From IMG/VR virus record IMGVR_UViG_3300017766_001811, positions 1-35,304 of that record: DNA of 35,304 nt; one strand, 5' to 3'. Of this stretch, positions 25,642 through 33,641 are shown piece after piece (the first letter of the stretch is position 1; each line of letters begins with the position of its first letter). The position numbers and the translations under genes are program-made. The notes below the pieces were generated by a model. The model saw only the letters and a program-made list of their open reading frames with translations. It had not been told where the DNA came from and did no database searches. Origin of the DNA: a virus. Taxonomy: Duplodnaviria > Caudoviricetes.

Positions 25642-26249
25642 TTCAACAGGTCCACATGGCTGTTGAACGTGCTGGCCGCAAACACATCTTGTGCCTTGGG
25701 TCGGGCTGAGGTGATCGCCTTACTCCAGGTACTGCGACCCTTCACCCCTGGGTGCATAACAGCGGCTCTGAAACCACCACCGGCTAGTGCTAGTGCTCGC
25801 TGCCGTTCACCCGATTTGCGTGACGACAGAAGCCGGTTCTTACTGAGTCCGTAACCGCGCTCAGCCAACTTCCTTTTGGTCATGTTGTACCGACGGACAG
25901 AGACACCAGCCACCATCGGGTGTTCGGGTGCACCAGCCTCTAGGACCTTCCAGATACCCTGTGGTCTCGGGTAGAGGATCGACGTGGCACGCACAGTGCC
26001 TTTGATATCGAACCCGGCTGTGATCTTACGTCCGGTACGTTCCTTCACACCGGCCTGGTCGCTCTTACGTTTCGCTCCCCAACGAGACAACCGCATATCC
26101 GAACCAGCGACGCGCCGGCCGGCCAGCAACACGTGGTCCTTGTAGACGAACGTCGCTGCAAACACAGCCTTACGGTTGGTCTCACCACTATGTTTGGCGA
26201 CACTCTCCATCTTCTGAGCCAACTGTGTGACAGAGAACGACGTACCCAT
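25638..26249 (-). CDS. Neck / tail completion protein (HK97 gp10-like)
   Basis: Basic protein with LEAGAPEH and V.HPG.KG...W; position in the neck module. Confidence 0.6.
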   Translation of the reverse strand: MGTSFSVTQLAQKMESVAKHSGETNRKAVFAATFVYKDHVLLAGRRVAGSDMRLSRWGAKRKSDQAGVKERTGRKITAGFDIKGTVRATSILYPRPQGIWKVLEAGAPEHPMVAGVSVRRYNMTKRKLAERGYGLSKNRLLSSRKSGERQRALALAGGGFRAAVMHPGVKGRSTWSKAITSARPKAQDVFAASTFNSHVDLLK

Positions 26250-26653
26250 CAGCCCATGACCTCAACCGCTACGGTCGCTGCCCACATCGGGATCTCACCT
26301 ACCGACAGTTCACGGATACTACCAACCTGGGTGACCATCACAGACCCAACCGTGCCATCCAACGTCGGATCAAGTTCAACCGCACAGACCACACTACTGT
26401 CAACGGTAGGATCGATCAACGTCAGGAGATCGTCCCAACGGTCGGTGTTCCTGGCTGAGACCACCACGGTCAGTTAGACCTCTGTCCTACGGGCGGTCTC
26501 ACCGTACAACAGGTGTGGGGTGTAGTCAAACCCGGTGACCATCACGGCTGGCGGTTCAACCATCTGAGGTGGGACACGGTAGATGTTCAGCCCGGTGGTG
26601 TGCTCTTCAAGCATGACCACCAGCCCCTCAAGGATCTGACTGTTGGAGATCAT
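26249..26653 (-). pseudogene. Tail terminator-like gene interrupted by an in-frame TAA at 26476-26474
   Basis: ATG 26653 (ATGA overlap) reads MISNSQILEGL...PPAVMV...RTEV*LTVVVSARN...VEVMG in one frame; 134 aa if read through. Confidence 0.7.
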
Positions 26654-27270
26654 GCGGTGAACCCGTCTAGGATACGGTACGGATCGAGCAGGGTTCGAAC
26701 ATCTGGGTCGGGCTGGCTAGAGACACGAACCACACCGAACTCACCGAACCCGGCCACACCAAGCGGCGATTCTTGACGTCGGGCTACTCGAGCGATCTGG
26801 ATCAGACAAGCGCGTTCAATAGCAGCCGGCACAGCCGACCAGCCCCAGACACCTGTGATCTTCACACGGTTGAGACGGTCCTGGTCGATCAACGGTACGG
26901 GCCACAGGAAATCACCCAGGGCACGAACCTGTCGGACCGGGCTGGTCTCCGGTACGGACCGGTTGACCGGGAGGGTCTGGTACTCGCCTGCGGTGAGGGT
27001 CTTACCGTAGGTACCGTCGCCTTCCTCATCGATCTCGATTGAGGTTAGCGTGGTCAGGTCGTTGAACGCACCAAGATCCAGGATCATGTAGTCGTCGGGT
27101 GTGAACGTGCGTGCTTCGGTGACTTGGAAGAAATGCCGCCGGCAATACCGGTCGATCATCCGCGACACGGTGGTGATGACATCATCGAGATCGGTGGTGT
27201 CGATGGTGTCGTTGAGACCGACGTAACGTCGTGCTTCTGCGGTGGTGGTGTAGCCGTTGGTGATGGTCAT
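26650..27270 (-). CDS. Head-to-tail adaptor
   Basis: NGYTT.AE, SRMIDRYCRRHF, GVWGWSAVP..IERACL, DPDV..LLDPY. Confidence 0.85.
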   Translation of the reverse strand: MTITNGYTTTAEARRYVGLNDTIDTTDLDDVITTVSRMIDRYCRRHFFQVTEARTFTPDDYMILDLGAFNDLTTLTSIEIDEEGDGTYGKTLTAGEYQTLPVNRSVPETSPVRQVRALGDFLWPVPLIDQDRLNRVKITGVWGWSAVPAAIERACLIQIARVARRQESPLGVAGFGEFGVVRVSSQPDPDVRTLLDPYRILDGFTA

Positions 27271-27275
27271 CGCGG

Positions 27276-28094
27276 TCAGATCCGTTCAGGGTTGCGCCAC
27301 CAGAACACACAGAGGATGGCTACTGCTGGTGTCCATACTACAGGCACTGTGCGCATCGCTGCTATCGCCACCATCGGACCGGCTGCGGTCTGTACCAGCC
27401 GTACGGTGTCGGTCGCCACCAAGACCTGCAGATGTGCCATCACGAGGGTTGTAGCAGTCTGCAGGTCGAGACTGCCTAGGGCTAGCAGCAACGGTCCCCA
27501 TGGCTCGAGCCACAACCGGGCGTCTCGCCACCTGCCGGAGTGGGCTGCGAGTGCGGTCCTGACCGGATGGTCGTGTACCATCCTCAGATGTGGTTGGTTG
27601 GTGACCGGATCGATCTGTGGCCGGCGTACCAGCCCGGTGACCGCGGGTAGCAACAGGACGGGTAGCAACAACGGTGTCCATGCCCACAGTGCAGCCCAGA
27701 CCGGTGTGGTCTCTTTGATGCAGGAGGCCACGATCAACAGCCCGATGGCCAGCCACCACAGGTCTGATCTCCAGGCTGCTGCAGCCAGCACCGCTAGTGC
27801 TATGGCGGGGAGGTCAACACCGACCGGTCTGACCACCGCCGGACCCAAGACACCAGGCATCGCCAGAAGAGCCACGGAAGCAGCCACGGAAGCCACCAGA
27901 GCCAACCCCGCTGTCGACGCCAACCAGAACTGACCTAGGCCAAGGAGAACCCACGAGAGACCCCAGACGACCCACCACCGTCGCAACCGGTCCCGACAGA
28001 TGGCAGGTAGGAGCCACCGCAGGTTGAACGGACGGGCCACAGACTGGCCCGAACCGGCCAACAGGTACCGGGCTGCGTCAGGTCCCAGAGACAT
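27276..28094 (-). CDS. Multi-pass membrane protein, possibly a GT-C-type glycosyltransferase
   Basis: Many hydrophobic segments; PD..RY N-terminus, PF.LRWLLP, IKET motif, DTVR; coupled to the GT-A gene. Confidence 0.5.
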   Translation of the reverse strand: MSLGPDAARYLLAGSGQSVARPFNLRWLLPAICRDRLRRWWVVWGLSWVLLGLGQFWLASTAGLALVASVAASVALLAMPGVLGPAVVRPVGVDLPAIALAVLAAAAWRSDLWWLAIGLLIVASCIKETTPVWAALWAWTPLLLPVLLLPAVTGLVRRPQIDPVTNQPHLRMVHDHPVRTALAAHSGRWRDARLWLEPWGPLLLALGSLDLQTATTLVMAHLQVLVATDTVRLVQTAAGPMVAIAAMRTVPVVWTPAVAILCVFWWRNPERI

Positions 28095-28848
28095 CTAGGA
28101 CCTTCACCGGCTCGTCACGGACATCGGCTGGCCACAGGACCCTGGGACCCTTGTGGTGTCCCACGTGGGTGGTACAGTCAACATGGACCGTATAGCCGTG
28201 TTCACGGGCACGCAGACAGAAAGTGATGTCTTCACCGATCCACCACTCAGATCCGCTCTCACCATAACGGATCTCTTCACCGAACCAACAGTTGTTCGAT
28301 CCGTCAGCGTTCTCACGCATCGTCTCAAACACCTCACGGTGTATCAGGAGACATCCGGTACCGGTTGCACCGACCTCAGCCACCACATCATCAGGCCAGT
28401 CCAACAGGACCTGAGTCACAGTCTCAGGATCGTCACTGAACAAGGTTGGGATCAGCCCTTCTGCGGTCTGGATCACACACAGTCCACCCAGGATCTTGGT
28501 GTCTGTCTGGATCGCACGCGCCACCAACCTGTGCAACAGGTCAGGTTCGAACACCATATCGGTGTCACAGAACCACAGCCATTGGCACTGTGGGTACTCG
28601 TCGAGGAACACGGCCACAGCCCGGTTCCTGGCTTTGGTGATGTTGGCACCGGACTCTACACATAGGTAGTTGTCCAACATCCGCAGGTCCAACGGGGTCG
28701 GCTGGTCTGGTGCACCGGCCTTCTCCCACTGCATGACCGCGTATTCCCGGTCAAAGGTCTCAAGTTCGGTCAGTGACCGCATGAAACGAGAAGAGATGTC
28801 GTGGCCCGATGATGGGAACGCCAACAGTGCTCGACCAGGATGGTCCAT
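28078..28848 (-). CDS. Glycosyltransferase, GT-A fold (GT2-like)
   Basis: ITKARN, WLWFCDTD (DxD), TGTGCLLIHR, GEDITFC, VGHHK. Confidence 0.85.
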   Translation of the reverse strand: MDHPGRALLAFPSSGHDISSRFMRSLTELETFDREYAVMQWEKAGAPDQPTPLDLRMLDNYLCVESGANITKARNRAVAVFLDEYPQCQWLWFCDTDMVFEPDLLHRLVARAIQTDTKILGGLCVIQTAEGLIPTLFSDDPETVTQVLLDWPDDVVAEVGATGTGCLLIHREVFETMRENADGSNNCWFGEEIRYGESGSEWWIGEDITFCLRAREHGYTVHVDCTTHVGHHKGPRVLWPADVRDEPVKVLDVSGT

Positions 28849-28853
28849 GGATG

Positions 28854-28883
28854 CCTCCTACAGGGATCGGCACCATCATACCA
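28854..28883 (-). promoter_or_regulatory. Putative extended -10 promoter and RBS for the GT-A gene
   Basis: TGGTATGAT (28883-28875), then AGGAGG 5 nt before ATG 28848. No consensus -35. Confidence 0.45.
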
Positions 28884-28892
28884 TACACAGGT

Positions 28893-28947
28893 GTCCGACC
28901 ATAGCGGAGCACTTACTGAGGAGGCAAGGTGTACACTATGGCCGGAC
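28893..28947 (-). terminator. Long hairpin closing the cassette-5 transcript; apex antisense to the cassette RBS
   Basis: GTCCGGCCATAGTG...CGCTATGGTCGGAC (14 bp, two G-U pairs) enclosing TTGCCTCCTCAG. Confidence 0.65.
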
Positions 28948-28959
28948 TGGTCCAGTCTA

Positions 28960-29217
28960 TCAGGTGTCGTTATCGGTCTGTCTGATAACGATCTCCCACA
29001 TAGCAGTTCTTGTCCTGTGGCTGTCCCACCGGCCGGCGGTGATGGTGACCGGACTGGTCATCTCGCCACATGCGATAGCCGATGCTGTGCGTTGGGCTAC
29101 TTCACCCAGGGCACGCCACACATCGATCTCCTGGTCGGTCCACGCTGTACGTGGACCACCAGAGATCTCGAACTCGGCCTGTGGATGTTCGGTGTTCAAC
29201 GACCACCATATTGACAT
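28960..29217 (-). CDS. Hypothetical protein, second gene of cassette 5
   Basis: AGGAG RBS; ATG 1 nt after the upstream stop. Confidence 0.6.
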   Translation of the reverse strand: MSIWWSLNTEHPQAEFEISGGPRTAWTDQEIDVWRALGEVAQRTASAIACGEMTSPVTITAGRWDSHRTRTAMWEIVIRQTDNDT

Positions 29218-29218
29218 G

Positions 29219-29587
29219 TCACTCTCCTGTGCTCTCGTGCCAACCTTCGTCGTCCATCTCTGCGTTGACGACTGCGGACCACCACTCGTCTGCGACGTCC
29301 GACACGTTCATGGCGTAACGGCCTTCGTGCCGGGTGTTGGCCAGGACGGTCATCGCTTCGTTCATGTTGATGATCGCAGCGTCAGACAGGTTGAACCTCA
29401 GCGTGATCTCACGGCGGGTACCGGGGAGGATTCCGGCCGGCATCGCTCGGCTGAGCACGTCGGACACGTGGCCAGAGGTAGAGTCTGCGTCGACCCGGTC
29501 ACAGAACTTGTTGATGCTGTGTGCTGCGTCGAACAGGATCTCTGCCTGTCGCCAGCCGGTCACGGTGATGGTGAGTGTGTTCGTCAT
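29219..29587 (-). CDS. Hypothetical protein, first gene of cassette 5
   Basis: ATG 5 nt after GAGGAGG of the repeated leader. Confidence 0.7.
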   Translation of the reverse strand: MTNTLTITVTGWRQAEILFDAAHSINKFCDRVDADSTSGHVSDVLSRAMPAGILPGTRREITLRFNLSDAAIINMNEAMTVLANTRHEGRYAMNVSDVADEWWSAVVNAEMDDEGWHESTGE

Positions 29588-29678
29588 GTTTGCCTCCTCA
29601 GGCTCTGTCGTCAGGAACTGTTCCCTCCGACCCCCAAAGTAAACCACACACGACACATCTGTGTCAAGTGTTTTTACA
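29588..29678 (-). promoter_or_regulatory. Repeated promoter/leader/RBS element, copy 5
   Basis: TGTAAAAA, TTGACA (29667-29662)-N18-TTTACT (29643-29638), leader hairpin, AGAGCCTGAGGAGGC. Confidence 0.8.
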
Positions 29679-29682
29679 CAGA

Positions 29683-29730
29683 GGGACCGGACCACCACAG
29701 GAAAGGGCTAACCTGCAGTGGCCCGGTCCC
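29683..29730 (-). terminator. 19-bp hairpin after the major capsid gene
   Basis: GGGACCGGGCCACTGCAGG-TTAGCCCTTT-CCTGTGGTGGTCCGGTCCC, fully paired on the minus strand with three G-U pairs. Confidence 0.75.
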
Positions 29731-29749
29731 AACCGGGTGAGTCAGATGA

Positions 29750-31105
29750 TCAACTCAGGACGTTGGCGAGACCCGTACCCTGGATCACACAGGTGCTGAC
29801 CGGGTAACGGCCGGCGGTGAAGGCGCTGTAGCCGTACACGACCATCCGCACGCTCAACTGGTCAGCCAGGACCTCCTCAAGTTCGAGACCGACCGGCGCA
29901 CCAGCATCCTCCATGAACAGCACGTCGGAACGGCGGGTCACGATGATCCGGTCCTCGTTGGTGGAAGTGCCCAGGGTGGTGGGCACCGCAGCATCAGTGA
30001 TGACCGGGATACCGGCGATCGAGCCGACCGCGTTGTACCCAGGAGCGGAACCCTGACCGATCACGTTCATGCCAGAACCACCGACGATCTCCACCAGCGG
30101 ACGGTTGCTGCTGTCCGAACCGGCACAGAGGAACGCCCAACGGCGGGGATGCATCACGATCAGGTCGGGAGCAGCGTAACGGCCAGCATTGACCTTGCCG
30201 ATCGCGTTGTGGATCGACGACACCAGCGCGGTAGCGGTGGTGCCGGTGAACCCGGCGGTCTGGACCGACGTGGTGGACAGGATGCCCCAGTGGCCACCGG
30301 CGGTGCCGTCACCAGTGATGGCCGAGACGTTGACCTTCGTGGCGTACTGCTGGAACAGGTCAGCCATGAGGATGCCATCGATCCCGGTACCACGATCGAT
30401 CGACTGCTTCGACACGACCTGCTGACCAGCGAACGTGCGGACCGGCACGACGAGATCGGACTCGGTGAAGGTCTGGTTGGTGACCGCGGTGTTCTCGGTG
30501 GTCTGGGCGGCGACGCTCGTCCCGGTGGCTCCACGCGGGATGGTGAGGTTCATGCCCTGCGCCGGCAGAGCGACGTTGGTGACAGCCGACAGGAACGGAC
30601 GACCCGAGACCAGCACCGGAGCGAACTGCTCGGTCAGGTACTGCGGGACGACAAGACCACCGAAGTTGCCGGTCGTCGACCGGTAGTCGATCTCAGCCTC
30701 GCGACGGTTCCGCTCGAGCCGGTCAGCGGCACGGGCATCGCCGCGCTTGGCAGCGAGCACGTCACCCAGGAAGTCAAACTCACCGTCAGGACGGTACGTG
30801 CGAGCCTCAGTGCGGACCGTGACGCTACGCGCCTGGACCACGCCCAGGGCGTCACGGGTGTCCTCAGCGGCGGACTTGCGCTGCTCGATCTCCATCAGGT
30901 CTGCCTCTCGGCTCCGCAGGTTCTCGACCTTGGTGTCGATCTCCTGGAGAGCGGTACGTGCCTCGTCGAACGAGGCGGTCTCGTCAGCCGTCAGGTCAGA
31001 ACGACCCTCAGACTCTGCAGCAGCGATGATCGCGTCCAGAGCGGCCTGCTTGTCGCCGCGCTGGTCGAGGAAATCGCTGATCTCGGTGCGGATCTGCTCC
31101 AGCAT
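29750..31105 (-). CDS. Major capsid protein (HK97 fold with N-terminal scaffolding domain)
   Basis: Coiled-coil N-terminus, GGLVVPQ, ITGDGT, VMHPRRW, IAGIPV; GGGAGG RBS. Confidence 0.92.
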   Translation of the reverse strand: MLEQIRTEISDFLDQRGDKQAALDAIIAAAESEGRSDLTADETASFDEARTALQEIDTKVENLRSREADLMEIEQRKSAAEDTRDALGVVQARSVTVRTEARTYRPDGEFDFLGDVLAAKRGDARAADRLERNRREAEIDYRSTTGNFGGLVVPQYLTEQFAPVLVSGRPFLSAVTNVALPAQGMNLTIPRGATGTSVAAQTTENTAVTNQTFTESDLVVPVRTFAGQQVVSKQSIDRGTGIDGILMADLFQQYATKVNVSAITGDGTAGGHWGILSTTSVQTAGFTGTTATALVSSIHNAIGKVNAGRYAAPDLIVMHPRRWAFLCAGSDSSNRPLVEIVGGSGMNVIGQGSAPGYNAVGSIAGIPVITDAAVPTTLGTSTNEDRIIVTRRSDVLFMEDAGAPVGLELEEVLADQLSVRMVVYGYSAFTAGRYPVSTCVIQGTGLANVLS

Positions 31106-31200
31106 TTCATGTCCTCCCGGACTCGTAGTGGGTTGGTACGAGTGTAGTCGGGTGGTACGGGTGCGGATCTACCGCGGCGCGTATCCGGCCTGACTGCGGC

Positions 31201-32349
31201 TCAGTCTCTGGTCTTGATATGCTCGGCCTGCCGGCGAGCCATCTCGACAGAACGACCGTTCTTGTGGTCGCCAACAGAGATTACATCACTACTGCGCATC
31301 TTTACCACAGTCGCAGGGTTCGCAGGGAACGTCACCACCGACACATCGTACAGCCGGACCTCAGAAATGGTCCTGGTGGTGTAGTCGTCAGACCAGGACT
31401 GTCGGATCGCGCGGAAGGCAAAAGACATCTGGTCAACATCACCACGTTCCATGGCAGAACGCAGTTCAGCGACCTTCGGATTGGCCGGATCGAGTTCGGC
31501 ACGGACACGTAGCCCGATGTCGTCGCTCGACAGTTCAAGGGTACCGCTGCGGGTACGGGCCAGCGGGGTTCCTGCGTGGTCGATCAACAGCCGCACATCG
31601 TCACGGTTGCCAGACTCTGCCACACTCTTGGTGGCTGCACCACGAGCGATGATCTCCTGGAACCCACCGGCATCAGGACCGCCAGCGACATCGTAGGGGT
31701 AGTTGTAAACCGTGGCGTACCCCTCGATCACAGGACGGTCACCATCCATACGGATCTCAACATCGGACAGAGCACGTCGCTCGATCTCTGGGACCGCCCA
31801 ACCCTCGCCGTCCTTCCGGTATTCGGCACCGGTCAGAGCAGAGACACGGGCAGCCGGCTGGTCATCAGGCTGGTCCACAGTGGTCTGGTCGGCCGGAACC
31901 AGATCACCAGGAATGATCCACATCTTGCAGACACCTTCAGGGTCGATGTCTCCTTCAACAACCTCACATGCACGTGGTCCCTCGTAGAACGCACATGAAC
32001 TGCACATAAGCCCTGGGAACGGGGACACCTCGACGTAGTGGGCACCGTCCGGCCCACTGCTCTTGTCCCACCTGCCGAACAGTTCAGCCACAGATTCAAG
32101 CGCATCGTACTGTGCGATCTGCCGCGGTGTCAGAGGATAGATGCTCTCGTCCGCTGCGCGTTCTTCGTTGTGCTGTTCCATGCTGTTTGTCTCCTGGTCG
32201 CTCTCAGAAGCGTGTAGTGCAGCCATCTGCTCTAACGCGTCTGCCTGCGTCGGGTGGCATCCTTCTAGATCTCCACCGTCCTGCTTATGTACACCCCAGG
32301 GGCGCGATACAGGACATGCATTGTCGTCCGGCACGATCTCCCACGGCAT
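31201..32349 (-). CDS. HK97-family prohead protease with N-terminal extension containing a HiPIP-like Cys domain
   Basis: EGYATVYN, LLIDH, LARTRSGTL.L..D..GL, QMSFAF, DVSVVTFPA. CSSC...C.VVEG.I.PEGVC..W at aa 116-144. Confidence 0.9.
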   Translation of the reverse strand: MPWEIVPDDNACPVSRPWGVHKQDGGDLEGCHPTQADALEQMAALHASESDQETNSMEQHNEERAADESIYPLTPRQIAQYDALESVAELFGRWDKSSGPDGAHYVEVSPFPGLMCSSCAFYEGPRACEVVEGDIDPEGVCKMWIIPGDLVPADQTTVDQPDDQPAARVSALTGAEYRKDGEGWAVPEIERRALSDVEIRMDGDRPVIEGYATVYNYPYDVAGGPDAGGFQEIIARGAATKSVAESGNRDDVRLLIDHAGTPLARTRSGTLELSSDDIGLRVRAELDPANPKVAELRSAMERGDVDQMSFAFRAIRQSWSDDYTTRTISEVRLYDVSVVTFPANPATVVKMRSSDVISVGDHKNGRSVEMARRQAEHIKTRD

Positions 32350-33494
32350 CAGCCAGCCACCTGATCCTCGACCGGTGGGACGATCTCAGGCTGGTCCGGC
32401 TTGATCGGTGGCAGATCTTCGATCCCACGTACCTCGTCCACCGTCATCCACCCGGCAGCGATCGCAGACGCGTGGGCATCATACCGGTCTCGGGTGGTCA
32501 TCCGCAGCAGCGCGTCACGGTTGGCCTGGACATATTGTGGAGCAGGCAACATCTCAGTGAGACCGGCTTCTACCTCTACCAGCACCGGATCGATCGCATA
32601 ACGCAACAGGTCCAACGCGCGACTTTCAACGTTACTGTATGTCATCGACGAGCCAGATTCAGCACCAACCATCTCCGGCGGGATCGCAAAGAACCTGCAC
32701 ACATCCTGCACAGACAGTTTGTACGCGTTGAGGAACTCAGTGTCTGACGGTGACACCTGCACAGGTCGGTAACCGAAACCTAGCCCTAGGACAGCGACAC
32801 CACGGTCATCCTGGACCGCCATCTGCCAACGTCGCTTTATCGCATCAGCCTGTTCACCTGTGATCTCCTGCTCAGTCTCCAACACACCGGTCGGATGGCC
32901 ACCAGTACCGAAGAAATCCGAACCATACTGCTGAGCCGCAACACCAAGACCCACAGACTGAGCAGCGTACTCTAGGACCGACTTGCCGAAAGGTGAACCA
33001 GGACCCACATTGATCGCACAACGCCACACCGAAGAAGCCGGAACCTCAACACCACCGATCCGATAAGAGATCTCATCAGTCCGATAGTCATAACGGGCAG
33101 ACACCAGATCAGGATGGAGGATCTGCACACCCGACGGCCGGCCAGCAGCAGTCGTACCCAGGACCAGCCCGAACGCATTACCACGCAGGACCAGAGATTC
33201 AACAACCTGCGACAACCAATGAGGCAACCGCTGCCCAGGGTTAGGCTCCTTCAACACCGTCGGAGTCGGGATCTTCCGAGACACACCACCCTGATCACGG
33301 TACGCATGGAACGGAAGCGACGACACCAACCGGCTGTACAGCGACGTACACGCCCAAACCGCAGAATGGGCCATCGCCACCTGGTCAGTGACCACCACAC
33401 CGGCCGGTGTGGTCCGGTACCGCCCAGACAGACGTAGGACATCAGCAAACCTGTCACCACGTGCTCGTGTCTCAAAAGGTCTGAACAGACCCAT
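32349..33494 (-). CDS. Portal protein (HK97 family)
   Basis: SAVWAC, LRGNAF, FF..GGHPTGVL, RFFAIPPEMVG, YSNVE, GWMTVDEVR..EDLPP. Confidence 0.95.
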   Translation of the reverse strand: MGLFRPFETRARGDRFADVLRLSGRYRTTPAGVVVTDQVAMAHSAVWACTSLYSRLVSSLPFHAYRDQGGVSRKIPTPTVLKEPNPGQRLPHWLSQVVESLVLRGNAFGLVLGTTAAGRPSGVQILHPDLVSARYDYRTDEISYRIGGVEVPASSVWRCAINVGPGSPFGKSVLEYAAQSVGLGVAAQQYGSDFFGTGGHPTGVLETEQEITGEQADAIKRRWQMAVQDDRGVAVLGLGFGYRPVQVSPSDTEFLNAYKLSVQDVCRFFAIPPEMVGAESGSSMTYSNVESRALDLLRYAIDPVLVEVEAGLTEMLPAPQYVQANRDALLRMTTRDRYDAHASAIAAGWMTVDEVRGIEDLPPIKPDQPEIVPPVEDQVAG

Positions 33495-33641
33495 CTACCG
33501 GCTCCAGAGTTCGAGGACCACAACCACCAGTATCGAACCGACCAACAGAGCCACATCCACCGAAGTGAGACGCGCCAACGCCACCAGCCCGACCGACAGA
33601 GCGACCAACTGCAAAACCAACACTAGCAGACGTGCTCGCAT
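33495..33641 (-). CDS. Small two-helix membrane protein between terminase and portal (48 aa)
   Basis: TGATG overlap with the terL stop; its TAG abuts the portal ATG. MRARLLVLVLQLVALSVGLVAL... is hydrophobic. Confidence 0.65.
   Translation of the reverse strand: MRARLLVLVLQLVALSVGLVALARLTSVDVALLVGSILVVVVLELWSR

Noticed and set aside
28916-28985. + strand mini-ORF (GTG 28929, 18 codons) behind CTGAGGAGGCAA
   Set aside because: Very short, no evident + strand promoter, and the G-U pairs favour a minus-strand hairpin. Kept only as an alternative.
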